Shown: positions 39,345 through 51,378 of the stretch, piece after piece
Numbering within the stretch: position 1 is the first letter of the stretch
Layout: each line of letters starts with the position of its first letter
From: Macrostomum hystrix
Taxonomy: Eukaryota > Animalia > Platyhelminthes
Length of the DNA stretch: 64,000 bases
Assembly: GCA_950097015.1 (NCBI GenBank)
Contig: CATNEN010000008.1
Span: 2,604,001-2,668,000 of the forward strand
Direction: 5' to 3'
Position numbers and translations under genes: made by a program
The notes under the pieces: generated by a model
Seen by the model: the letters and a program-made list of their open reading frames with translations, nothing else
Told to the model about the DNA's origin: nothing
The model's database searches: none

Positions 39345-39925
39345 CCAAGAGAACTAATGCTCCCCAGCAACAGAGAACTAATGCCCCCCAGCAGGAGTTA
39401 GCTAAATGTCTCCCCCCAGCAACAGAGAACTAATGCTCCCCAGCAACAGAACTAATGCTCCCCCAGCAACAGAGAACTAATGCTCCCCAGCAACAGAGAA
39501 CTAATGCCCCCCAGCAACAGAACTAATGCTCCTCAGCAACAGAGAACTAATGCCCCCCAGCAACAGAACTAATGCTCCTCAGCAACAGAGAACTAATGCC
39601 CCCCAGCAACAGAACTAATGCTCCCCCAGCAACAGAACTAATGCTCCCCCAGCAACAGAGAACTAATGCTCCCCAGCAACAGAACTAATGCTCCCCCAGC
39701 AACAGAGAACTAATGCTCCCCAGCAACAGAACTAATGCTCCTCAGCAACAGAGAACTAATGCTCCCATGCAACAGAGAACTAATGCTCCCCAGCAACAGA
39801 ACTAATGCTCCCCCAGCAACAGAGAACTAATGCTCCTCAGCAACAGAGAACTAATGCTCCCCAGCAACAGAACTAATGCTCCCCCAGCAACAGAGAACTA
39901 ATGCTCCTCAGCAACAGAGAAGTAA
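39345..39925. repeat. 22-25-bp minisatellite
   Basis: Unit cagcaacag(ag)aactaatgctccc(c). Confidence 0.95.
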
Positions 39926-40140
39926 TTCCCTCCAGCATTGACCATTTCAGCCGGACAGACAAATCTTTGAGATTTAGTAAAGTAGGATTTAAAAAATTAC
40001 ATTTACAATTACACTTCCTTGCGCGCCCTCAAAATTCCACATTGAACAACGCTGAGCAAGGGTATTAATGAACATTGACAACTGCAAAATTCTGTTAATC
40101 CCTATACTAAAATTCAAAACTATCTATATACATGTATATA

Positions 40141-41587
40141 CACTCAGCCACATTGAAAAGTTTCCACCCTAGCGCGCGAAGGGGCAACGTTTTGGTCTGT
40201 GGAGATATTCGTGGTTTGAGCCATAGACAAATATATAATCCGGAATCGACCGAAGCAAAGGAACAGCAAAGAAACAAAGTACGCGAGCATGGGTGACAAC
40301 TCGCCCAGAACAGGGTCAGTAACGCGTATAGCAGCCACGTGAGTGCAGCAGAGCGCTCACTCTCCGGGGCATCCCCAGAACCAGGCGTCGCAGAAAATCT
40401 TGCGGTAGTTGTTGCCATGCAGTAGACAGTGATTCGCGCAGTTGGGCAACATTTTGCGGCGGATTGTCGCGCCGAATCGAGCGCTTCAGGTAATCCCAAA
40501 CGTGCTCTATGGGATTCATGTCCGCTGATCGGGACGGCCAGCGCAAGGTTCGCAGGTGCAGCAGCTCCTTCAGATGCGCCACAGCGGCTGCGCGATGCGG
40601 TGGGGCGTTGTCGTCTTGGAGGACGCAGTTCCCCACGCCACCACATGAAGCATCAATGAAGGGCAGCAGGCGCGTCTGTAGAAGGTTGGCGTACGACTCG
40701 GCAGTCACAGTCGCATCCAGGAACACGAGCTCCGTCTTCGCGTGCATTGTGATGCCTGCCCACACGTGAATAGAAGCTGACTGGCTCTCAGAGTTTTGCA
40801 CGTGCTGCGGCAGCATCTCCTGGCGCGGCTGGCGCCACACGCGAATGCGGCCGTCGGCACGGAACAATCGAAAGCGGCTCTCATCTGTGAAAATCACTCG
40901 CCGCCACTGCTGCTGCCTCCAGTGGACCCTTTGCATTGCCCATTGTTCCCGGCTGGCCACATGGGTTGGGGTCAGGCGTGACCGTTTGCGCATCTTACGG
41001 GATCGCAGCCCCGACTCCCGCAATCGTCGTCGGATGGTTTGGGCGCTCAGGACATTCCCTCGCCTGCTTCTTTCAGCCCACATCAGCCGTAGCAGGGTGG
41101 CTGGCAATGTGGGGCTTCCCTTTACCATTCGCAGCAATCGCCGGTCCGCCCTCCTAGTTGTACTGCGCATATTGAGCCGCAGGCCGCGCGTGGCGTGCGC
41201 CACGCTGCCCGTTTCTCTGCACTTGATCTGCAGTTTGCGGATTGCTGTGTGTGACCGCCCAATTTGGCGAGCAACAGCTCGGATGGACATCCCAGCGTCC
41301 AGCATGCCAATGGCGCGCGCTCGTTCCAGGTCGGTCATTTGGCGAACCATTGCGTTCGGTTGCGAACGTGGATTTTAGACTCCTGTAAGATGCTGCTGTC
41401 TGCTCCATGTGACTGTTTCCTTCGACTTGTCTGGCGTCTATGACCCAAGTTTTTTAATTCTATGGCCCAAGTGCGTGTTGACGAAATCATCAATCGTCTA
41501 TGGCACAAGTCTGGCGACAAAAACCAGTTTTGAAACTCTAAATATACAACTTGCGCGAGGGTGGAAACTTTTCAATGTTGCTGAGTG
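40141..41587 (-). mobile_element. Full-length Tc1-family DNA transposon (1447 bp)
   Basis: ~30-bp TIR cactcagc(c/a)acattgaaaagtttccaccct at both ends, TA target duplication, single intact transposase ORF. Confidence 0.95.
40316..41350 (-). CDS. Tc1 DD34E transposase, 344 aa
   Basis: N-terminal HTH; VIFTDESRF, LQDDNAPPH, DMNPIEHVW, with 34 residues between the second D and the E. Confidence 0.95.
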   Translation of the reverse strand: MVRQMTDLERARAIGMLDAGMSIRAVARQIGRSHTAIRKLQIKCRETGSVAHATRGLRLNMRSTTRRADRRLLRMVKGSPTLPATLLRLMWAERSRRGNVLSAQTIRRRLRESGLRSRKMRKRSRLTPTHVASREQWAMQRVHWRQQQWRRVIFTDESRFRLFRADGRIRVWRQPRQEMLPQHVQNSESQSASIHVWAGITMHAKTELVFLDATVTAESYANLLQTRLLPFIDASCGGVGNCVLQDDNAPPHRAAAVAHLKELLHLRTLRWPSRSADMNPIEHVWDYLKRSIRRDNPPQNVAQLRESLSTAWQQLPQDFLRRLVLGMPRRVSALLHSRGCYTRY

Positions 41588-41861
41588 TATTATTATATAC
41601 TAAAAATGAAAATAAGATTGTCTTAAACTTCATCAATGCATGAAATTTGCGGGTAAAAATGTGGAAATTTGCGGGCACTATGTTAGAGATAGGGAGAAAG
41701 TTGAGAAAGTCTATGGTCGAAGGCTATTTTTTCGGTGGATGGGCAAATCTTTGTGCCATAGACGAAACACTCGGATTAATCGAGAGGACGGGGCCAGGGA
41801 GCCGCGTTTTGAAGCAACGATTCTAGAAATTTCTGTCTGTCTAATCAACTGCTGACTACGA

Positions 41862-43190
41862 ATGTTGAACTGTGCGAATCTGCCCGACCAAATTATCAGT
41901 GGTCTGTCAACAGAGGAGTTGAATTGGGTGTCGTCAGAGTCAGCAACCCGCTATTTGGAAGAATTGAGTGTCGAGTTCGCTCGACAACTAGACACTGAAG
42001 AGATTCAGGACCAAAGCGAAGATGCGCTCGAGGAACTTAAAGAAATTGAACGAGAAGGAATCCCGAAGTCCTCTAAAAGACAGATGCCGGACGCTGTGAC
42101 GAGGTTTCAAGCGTTTTTGACTGATAAGCAATTGTCATCAGATCTGATGCGAGTACCTCCTATAACGTCGTACTATTTTGAATGACTATCTACGTCTCAA
42201 TAGGTTCTTCAATATCAAACGTCAAGGAGTAAACATTATCGGAGATCCAGTGTTTACCGCTGCCAATCGGATGCTAGTGTCCATGGTCCAAAAATACAAG
42301 CGCGCAAACCAGCCAAAGGTCCGAGATGAGTTCGCTGCCATCGAGAAGATCGATCTGGTCAAAATCATGGCCTACTTTGATCGGACAAACGGTGGAGTAC
42401 TGCAGCAGGAGGTAATATTCCATCTAATTTACTATTTCGGACTACATGGACGAGAGACGCTCCCTTTGCTAGACAAAGCAAGCTTCGTTTTTCAAAAGGA
42501 CTCCGAAGGCAGAGAGTATGTCGCTCTAAACCATGAAATTATCAGCAAGAATTCAAAGGCTTCGATAAAACCCAGCGAGTTCCAGGATGCCAAGAAGGCG
42601 CGCATGTACGCTACGGAAGGCTCGACGTATTGTCCCGTGTCGGCTCTGCGCTTGTATCTACAGCGTTTGAACGAACTGCGGATTGAAATCCTATTTCCGA
42701 AGCCGAAGCTATGAATGTTTCTAAAGGCCTAGCGGACAAACGTTGGTACGGCGCTACGCGACAAGTGGGCAAAAATGCAATTCACCAACTAATGAGCACT
42801 CTGCGTCCACTAAACTGGCCCTCTCAAAGCGCTATACCAACCATTGCATTAGAGTTACACACGTGACGGTACTAAAGGAGAGCGGCTTCTCAAACGCTGC
42901 CATCGCGGTTAACACTGGCCACAAGAATTCAGCGAGCGTAGAGCGCTATACGCACAATGAGGCGCGATGCCGACTTCCGTGCGTTGCCATTAGCGCTGAG
43001 CGTCGAGACAAGCGCCTCCCAGGTCTCTATCCGTCGTGTTGGTCAGGATGGTGAAGTGGCGATCAGTGAGACAAGGGCTATGGAAACCAAGTATGGAGAA
43101 CGGCAATCAGAGCCGGCTGCAATCGTCGTGAACTTCAACGGGACCTTCCAGAATTGCACGTTTCATCTAACTGGAGTTGGTAAGCGGTAG
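41862..43190 (+). pseudogene. Frameshifted Crypton-like tyrosine-recombinase gene
   Basis: Consecutive ORF pieces carry LQQEVIFHLIYYFGLHGRETL, RMYAT..CPVSALRLYL, WYGATRQVGKNAI, YTNHCIRVT, NTGHKNSASVERY (the R..HxxR..H..Y set). At least four frame changes. Confidence 0.75.
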
Positions 43191-43914
43191 CTTGGAAAAA
43201 GTAAAACGTTGTTTGATTGAATGAACTAAACTAAAAAGCCGAAAGTTGTTGCGTTACTGTTACGAAATTACAAAAGTACGAAAGCGTAAAAGAAAAGAAA
43301 ACAAAAATAATCCTATAAAAGAATAATTTCTTTTGAAATATAAAAGCATACTTGGTTGCAACTTGTTTTACCATTTGACTACGAAAATTCGAGACGAAAT
43401 TTCATTAATTGATACCCCGAAAAGGGACACTTGAGCTCACAAAAGTTAATGACAATCTCGCTAATAAATATAACGTTCCCGGTTCTCAAAGCGCCAAATG
43501 AGCCATTCAGTGTGAGTAGAGTCAGGAAATTGCCTCAAAGCAGTAAAGTAAGCCACAGGTAGCAGGTAGGCGATTCTAACAACGTCAGTAATTGTTGGCT
43601 CACGGCAGGCTTGGCAAGGACTGGAGGAGGTCAACGGTTGCTAGGCTAGATTAGCTGAACGGGATTTGGTGCCGAGTAGCCCATGAAGGGTTGGCGGGCC
43701 TTTTCCGCCTATTCATTCACGCGTCATCGCCTTCTTTAGTGCGGGTGGGACACGATATGGTTGGCATGGCAGCTGGCTCATTGCTAACTGCACTTTTCTG
43801 CCACGTCAAGCGAAACAGTTGATGGGCCAAGAAGCAAACAAATCACTAGCTTACTAGCGGCAGAATGAAAGACATCGAGATGTTTGCTAATTTTTTTACT
43901 AGATCAGAAGGAAA

Positions 43915-44870
43915 CAATTCTGCATGGGGGAAAGACTGGATTGCTAGTCCATCCCATGGATGAAGGAATAGAATGGATTCCTAGTCCATCCCATGGATGA
44001 AGGAACAGAATGGATTGCTATTCTATCCCATGGATGAAGGAATAGAATGGATTGCTAGTCTATCCCATGGATGAAGGAATAGAATGGATTCCTAGTCCAT
44101 CCCATGGATGAAGGAACAGAATGGATTGCTAGTCTATCCCATGGATGAAGGAATAGAATGGATTGCTAGTCTATCCCATGGATGAAGGAATAAAATGGAT
44201 TCCTAGTCCATCCCATGAATGAAGGAATAGAATGGATTCCTAGTCCATCCCATGGATGAAGGAATAGAATGGATTCCTAGTCCATCCCATGGATGAAGGA
44301 ACAGAATGGATTGCTATTCTATCCCATGGATGAAGGAATAGAATGGATTGCTAGTCTATCCCATGGATGAAGGAATAGAATGGATTCCTAGTCCATCCCA
44401 TGGATGAAGGAATAGAATGGATTCCTAGTCCATCCCATGGATGAAGGAATAGAATGGATTGCTAGTCCATCCCATGGATGAAGGAATAGAATGGATTGCT
44501 AGTCTATCCCATGGATGAAGGAATAGAATGGATTCCTAGTCCATCCCATGAATGAAGGAATAGAATGGATTCCTAGTCCATCCCATGGATGAAGGAATAG
44601 AATGGATTCCTAGTCCATCCCATGGATGAAGGAACAGAATGGATTGCTATTCTATCCCATGGATGAAGGAATAGAATGGATTGCTAGTCTATCCCATGGA
44701 TGAAGGAATAGAATGGATTCCTAGTCCATCCCATGGATGAAGGAATAGAATGGATTCCTAGTCCATCCCATGGATGAAGGAATAGAATGGATTGCTAGTC
44801 CATCCCATGGATGAAGGAATAGAATGGATTCCTAGTCCATCCCATGGATGAAGGAATAGAATGGATTGAA
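43915..44870. repeat. 37-bp minisatellite (~25 copies)
   Basis: Unit ggattgctagtctatcccatggatgaaggaatagaat. Confidence 0.95.
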
Positions 44871-44904
44871 AGGAGACAAATGAATAGAGATAGAAATGAA
44901 CAGA

Positions 44905-45490
44905 TCAGCAAGGAGAGAAGAGAGAGGAGAGGGACAGAGATCGAGAGGGAGAGCAGAGAGAAAAGAGGAGAGAAGAGAGAGGAGAGGAGAGAAGAGAGAG
45001 TAGAGGAGAGAAGAGAGAGGAGAGAAGAGAGAGTAGAGGAGAGAAGAGAGAGGAGAGAAGAGAGAGTAGAGGAGAGAAGAGAGAGGGGAGGAGAGAAGAG
45101 AGAGTAGAGGAGAGAAGAGAGAGGGGAGGAGAGAAGAGAGAGTAGAGGAGAGAAGAGAGAGGGAAGGAGAGAAGAGAGAGTAGAGGAGAGAAGAGAGAGT
45201 AGAGGAGAGAAGAGAGAGTAGAGGAGAGAAGAGAGAGGGGAGGAGAGAAGAGAGAGTAGAGGAGGGAAGAGAGAGGGAAGGAGAGAAGAGAGAGTAGAGG
45301 AGAGAAGAGAGAGTAGAGGAGAGAAGAGAGAGTAGAGGAGAGAAGAGAGAGTAGACGAGAGAAGAGAGAGGGGAGGAGAGAAGAGAGAGTAGAGGAGAGA
45401 AGAGAGAGTAGAGGAGAGAAGAGAGAGGAGAGGAGAGAAGAGAGAGTAGAGGAGAGAAGAGAGAGTAGAGGAGAGAAGAGAGAGGGGAGG
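44905..45490. repeat. Almost pure-purine (GA-rich) low-complexity tract
   Basis: Variants of agaggagagaagagagagt over ~590 bp. Confidence 0.95.
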
Positions 45491-46264
45491 AGATTGTTAT
45501 TTTTTGTACAATTCTTTGTCTCGTGCACTTCATCTGAACTCAGCTCTGTGTTGCATATATCGAACGTGCGTACACTAAGTTTGTGCGTACTTGCTTATTC
45601 AAACAGGCCTCGTGGAAAGAGTGCCTTGGACACAGAGGACAGAGATGTATGACAAACCACGCTAGCCTCTTGGGGGGGCGCGTTGTGAGATCCAGAAATT
45701 TCCAGCATCCAGCCAGACCCAATTCTAGATTGGAGTAGATCGGAGCGGGTAGACTGTCACTGTTCTCCCATTCTCTGCCCCCGCCCCGATTCAGTAAAGG
45801 GTATTGCCATGCGATGAACAATCGCGGGTCCGCACTGAGGCCGATTGTACCCGTGCGCTGCTTTTCAGAATCCTATTGTTCTGTTCGCCTGAAGCACCCC
45901 TCACACCGCTGTCTGTCTCTCCATCTCTCTCACAATATCTACCAACTGCCATACGCGCCTCCCCTAGCCGCTCACTCTGGCGCAGCACCCACCCACCCCA
46001 CTTGCTCACCAGTAATTTTCTTTCATTCTTTTTGATCAGAGTCCACTCCAAAAAAACTCGTCTCCCCTTTGGCCTTCCCCACGTTCCTTCCAATCTGTCC
46101 ACCCGCGTCTCATCGTTTTTTTCGACATCGTCTCTCCTGCACCAACCGTTTATCTCGCCAACTCAAAACCTCTCTGAGTGCCACACCCCCATCTACGTAT
46201 TAAAAGCGCGTTTGTACCGAATACAGTAACCCAGTAACAAAACACAGAGCTGGATTGAAGCAAG

Positions 46265-47699
46265 ATGTCAAACTCCGTTGCTGCCCGAGACTGCAATGTG
46301 AGCAGCAAATTCAAGACATATTCGGTAAGCTGTTTGATCATGCTAGCCTAACCATAGAGTAGATTTCCGTCTGTGCATTATTTCATGGTGTGCCTTATTT
46401 CAACTTGCATCGTTTGATTGAGACGGTTGCAAGTGTTGCGAATGATGTGGATTAATAGGTGAGATAATTTAAAAAGTGAGGTGGATTAAGGGACAAATGG
46501 ATTAAGCAGTGAGCCGATTAAGAGGTGAGGGGATTAAGGAGAGGAGAGTTAAATTCAGGAGAGTAGAGTAAGATGCCTTGACACGTGAGAAGGATTAATT
46601 ATTGAGGTGTCTTGAAGAGTAAGTTGGATTAAGGACTGAGGTGGATTAAGGATTGAAGTGAATTAAGGACTGAGGAGGATTAAGGAGTGATGTGGATTAA
46701 GGAGTGAGTTAAATTAAGGACTGAGGTGGATTAAGGAGTGAGGTGGATTAAGGAGTGAGGTGGATTAAGGACTGAGGTGGATTAAGGAGTGAGGTGGATT
46801 AAGGAGTGAGGTGGATTAAGGAGTGAGGTGGATTAAGGAGTGAGTTAAATGAAGGACTGAGGTGGATTAAGGAGTGAGGTGGATTAAGGAGTGAGTTAAA
46901 TGAAGGACTGAGGTGGATTAAGGAGTGAGGTGGATTAAGGAGTGAGGTGGATTAAGGAGTGAGGTGGATTAAGGAGTGAGGTGGATTAAGGAGTGAGGTG
47001 GATTAAGGAGTGAGGTGGATTAAGGATTGAGGTGGATTAAGGACTGAGGTGGATTAAGGAGTGAGTTAAACTAAGGAGTGGGGTGGATTAAGAAGTGAGG
47101 TGGATTAAGGAATGTGGTGGATTAAGGACTGAGGTGGATTAAGGAGTGAGTTAAACTAAGGAGTGGGTGGATTAAGAAGTGAGGTGGATTAAGGAATGTC
47201 GTGGATTAAGGACTGAGGTGGATTAAGGAGTGAGTTAAACTAAGGAGTGGGTGGATTAAGAAGTGAGGTGGATTAAGGAGTGAGGTGGATTAAGGAGTGA
47301 GGTGGATTAAGGATTGAGGTGGATTCTATTCAAATATGGTTTGCTTTACGCTCAGCGTGAGTTATTTAATGCACAGTAGTTAACGCAAACTATTTTTTTC
47401 TTTGCCATCAGACTGGAAGACTGGGTGAAAAGATCAAGGCGAAGCTGCACAGACTTTACTACCAGTACCTGCTGATCACGGCAGCCTCCACGCTGGAGCC
47501 ACTCGAGGTGGCCATTTTTAACACGATCATCCTGTTTATCATTGGCGTGAGCTGTTTCTACGGCAGTGCTATGGTGGCGCACTTCTTCATCTCGACTGCG
47601 GCCCACCTGCCAGACGATTGGCAGCAGGTGCTGCCCGGATGGCTGCAGGCAGCCGCCGGCAGTGCCATGCAGGCCGCCAGGGTGGGTGGCGAACTTTAA
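46265..47699 (+). CDS. SPTSS: Serine palmitoyltransferase small subunit (ssSPT), ~115 aa
   Basis: Exons 46265-46324 (TCG|gtaagc) and 47412-47699 (ccatcag|ACT). LYYQYLLITAASTLEPLEVAIFNTI matches the SPTSSA/B YYQY..LEPWE..FN signature, followed by a hydrophobic segment. Confidence 0.85.
46620..47325. repeat. 17-bp minisatellite (~40 copies) in SPTSS intron
   Basis: Unit aggagtgaggtggatta. Confidence 0.95.
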
Positions 47700-47979
47700 G
47701 TCTTTATCCACTAGTTCTTTGTCCATTTTCTAATAAACTACGGATCACAGATGAGCCTTGCATAGAAGCCCTGCATTTCATTGTTAAGAATCTAAATGGC
47801 ATAGCTCTGTGCTCACGATTGTGTAATGCACTTGGATAGAGGAGAGACGCTAGCTGGTGTACATTGCTTCTTATTCAAGGTCAGTTAATAGCAGAAGCGT
47901 ACATAGCCGTTACAATGACAAGATAATATTTCCCGACAATGTACACTCCAGCCGTCGGTTTGGGGTTGAGGTCGTAGAT

Positions 47980-48906
47980 CAGGGGTCGGCAAACTCCGGC
48001 CCGCGGGCCAGATGCGGCCCTCGAAGCTCCCAAATCCGGCCCGTTGACCCTTCTGACATCTACAGTGTCCTGTTTCATCTCTCTCGTGTCTAATCTCTCC
48101 CGTGTCTAATCTCTCCCGTGTCTAATCTCTCCCGTGTCTCATCGCTCTCGTATCTAATCTCTCCCGTGTCTAATCTCTCCCGTGTCTCAACTCTCCCGTG
48201 TCTAATCTCTCCCGTGTCTAATCTCTCCCGTGTCTAATCTCTCCCGTGTCTCATCGCTCTCGTATCTAATCTCTCCCGTGTCTAATCTCTCCCGTGTCTC
48301 AACTCTCCCGTGTCTAATCTCTCCCGTGTCTAATCTCTCCCGTGTCTAATCTCTCCCGTGTCTAATCTCTCCCGTGTCTCATCGCTCTCGTATCTAATCT
48401 CTCCCGTGTCTAATCTCTCCCGTGTCTCAACTCTCCAGTGTCTAATCTCTCCCGTGTCTAATCTCTCCCGTGTCTAATCTCTCCCGTGTCTCATCTCTCC
48501 CGTGTCTCATCTCTCCCGTGTCTAATCTCTCCCGTGTCTCATCTCTCCCGTGTCTCAACTCTCCCGTGTCTAATCTCTCCCGTGTCTAATCTCTCCCGTG
48601 TCTAATCTCTCCCGTGTCTCATCTCTCCCGTGTCTAATCTCTCCCGTGTCTAATCTCTCCCGTGTCTCAACTCTCCCGTGTCTAATCTCTCCCGTGTCTA
48701 ATCTCTCCCGTGTCTAATCTTTCCCGTGTCTCATCGCTCTCGTATCTAATCTCTCCCGTGTCTAATCTCTCCCGTGTCTAATCACTTCCGTGTCTAATCA
48801 CTTCCGTGTCTAATCTCTTCCCTGTCTTTTATACAGTCAATGCGGCCCGCTGTCGTCTTTTAGGCTCTCTCTTTGGCCCGCCAGCAAATAAGTTTGCCTA
48901 CCCCTG
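47980..48906. mobile_element. Non-autonomous hAT element (Buster/Charlie-type) with internal 16-bp minisatellite
   Basis: 16-bp TIR caggggt(c/a)ggcaaact; 8-bp TSD tcgtagat (47972-47979 and 48907-48914) with central TA; subterminal ggcccgc motifs; ctaatctctcccgtgt array at ~48065-48825. Confidence 0.9.
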
Positions 48907-49772
48907 TCGTAGATTGATCAATGTACATTCTAGATTACAGAGCCACAGGGAAGGAAAGTTAGAATTTTCGACCAGTGTACATATTCAAAGGGTAAGAGAT
49001 TGATATACAATGTACATTCCGTTTCAGCTCAGCTCCGTGGTTTCAATCTTTTTTTAGAGAATGGGCTAGGCTGCTTACGTTTCGACTGAAGTATGATTGG
49101 ATCCTGTGGAAGTGACAGTACATTTTACTGCACGAGACAGCTTTCAGTTTAGGGAAATGACGGCCTCAACTTATAAGCGCAATTCCCAAAAAGGCGACCA
49201 GGTTGCCTATTGTTGTCATCTGATCTTAGTTTGTTTGGCCAGAACAACCATGTGTGCCAAGCCATGCATTTAAGAGGTCGAACGCTCGAACGGTAACTGA
49301 GCTCTTAAATGCTGTCGGATCGTATATAGTAGTTTGTTTTACTAATACCGCGTTCATTTATTAAATAGAGTGTTGCTTTCTGTGGCGCGATGAATTCAAA
49401 TTACTGTACAAACAAAAGTATCGCACTTTGTACTAGCAGTGTGCGTTTGAAAATTTGCAGGGCTGACACAATTGCGACAGGTAAATGGAATACTGTACAG
49501 TATACGCAGATAGCCCATTTTTTGGACGCAGTTAAATTGAAATTGATGTCAGAACTGACTCGATATTTTAATTACGAAATCACACGTTTTTTTCACAATT
49601 TCTGCTCTGAAAACGCACTATTTTCTTTCGTTTGCGCGCTGTCATCTTCACAAAACCAGAGAACTGTCTGAGATGAGAAGAGCAAGTCAGCTGCAACTCA
49701 GATCCTTGATTTTTTCTAGATTTCTTCCTTCTCTACCGCAATGCAAAAAGTTTTGAGTTCTTTGCTGACTAA

Positions 49773-50366
49773 TCTCTATCTATTTGCAGGGGGGCCCGGG
49801 GCACTTGTCGCACAAGCGACGGAGCAGCACGCCCCCAGACCGGCGAACTAGGCGCTTTTGCGCCCATCGCGCCGCCTCCCCTGAGCAGGCACCACACACA
49901 GCAGCACAGACCAGCCGGGGAGGGCAGGAGGCACCCAGAATAGGCAGCAGTGTCCCCCACCCCAGCCCCACATGCACATAGCAGACCAAGCCGGGGCGGA
50001 AGGCTGATAAGAAATCAGTCCTCAGGGGGGGCGGGTGATGAGTGTACACTTATCCAATCGCGCTGACGGAAGTCCAGAAAGCGCGCGGCGGTGTACACCC
50101 GCCCCCCAGCCACCCCCCCCCCAAGGTCTCACGCCCCAGCGCCAACGCACTCAACTCACACAACGCAGAACAGGCACACAGAAAGGTAGGAGCGAAGCTA
50201 TTATTTCAAGCTTTGATTGCACGAAACATGGTGCACCTCCGCCGGTCGCTACTGTCCAAACCCCCCAACAAGCCCCGAAATTAATCGTGACTTGAAGGGT
50301 GAATCGAACTAGCGTCCTTTGGAGTGCGAGGCAGCGACGTTAGCCGCTGACCCACTCGCCCCCTCA
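49773..50366 (-). mobile_element. tRNA-derived SINE, family A, copy 2
   Basis: Inverted, near-identical copy of 3261-3851 with its own 11-bp TSD ttgctgactaa (49762-49772 and 50367-50377). Confidence 0.85.
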
Positions 50367-51304
50367 TTGCTGACTAAAGTTTTTCCTATGCGATTCTATT
50401 TGCTGCTTCAGCTCACAGCCAATTGTGAATGCCACTCAATTTTTGTAGAATTCCTATAGCTTCTTAGAATGTCTTGACTTGGCTTTATTTTACTTAAAAA
50501 TATTGGTCTTGCTAAACAAATAAATGTCTGCTCTCAGACGCATCATAGAGCATATCTCGAATACATGCCAAATCTCGATCTTTCGCAAGGAAATTGTAAC
50601 AAAGGAGAGCACTGGCACATATTTTGTGCAAAAAGCACGACTTCAAAACACGCTATGAATCTTTGCTGCTTGACTATGGATTTATTTGTTCGGTTTAAGA
50701 GACGATGTAATAAAATTAGTACAAGTATGCTCCAATAATATAGTTAGTATACCATGAGTATATGAGGGTGTGGTCTGTGTATATCTGAAATCGAATGGTA
50801 AATAGATTCTGCTCACAAACCGCATACCAACCGGCTTTACTAACCCAACAAGGGAAAGCTCGAATGAGTAAGTAACAAAGGTCATGTATTTTGATTGGTG
50901 TTTAAAACTGAATTAGCCGTTTGGTTTTGTGAGTTCATTTATCGATTTGTCGATTGTTAGTTGGTATGCGGTTTTTTTTACAAAAAGCTAACAATATTTG
51001 ATAGTTGTATGTACTAAAATACGAGTATATCGATAAGAGAGCATTCGTTGTCATGGCGTACATAAAAAACGCGCAATGAAAAAAAAGTTGCTACCATTAA
51101 AGGCGAGTTTACTTACAATATTTTGATAGATAATTATCAAAATTTTGTTCTACGATAGTACAGTGCACAATTAAGTAGGGCAGCTTTGGATAAAGAAAGT
51201 AAGTTGTTCATTGCGCTTGCAGAGGAAATGATGACTTTTTACAAACTATAGTTATGAAAGGTTACTGGAGGCTACAACCCCCTGGAGTAACCAAGTATAA
51301 ACTA

Positions 51305-51378
51305 GGGGGTTGTAGCCTAGTGGTGAGAGCGTCGGACTCACGACTTGAAGCTCGGAGGTTCGATTCCCGACTTCACTA
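51305..51378 (+). mobile_element. tRNA-like SINE head, family B (not a functional tRNA)
   Basis: gggggttgtagcctagtggt (A box) ... ggttcgattccc (B box). Acceptor and anticodon stems pair poorly. Homologous to 59441-59510. Confidence 0.6.

Noticed and set aside
40107-41603. Additional ORFs overlapping the Tc1 (and likewise the mariners and SINEs)
   Set aside because: Shadow frames of GC-rich transposon sequence, without motifs.
51305-51378. Functional tRNA (apparent CAC anticodon)
   Set aside because: Acceptor and anticodon stems do not pair; better explained as a SINE head. tRNAscan-SE would be expected to score it as pseudo.
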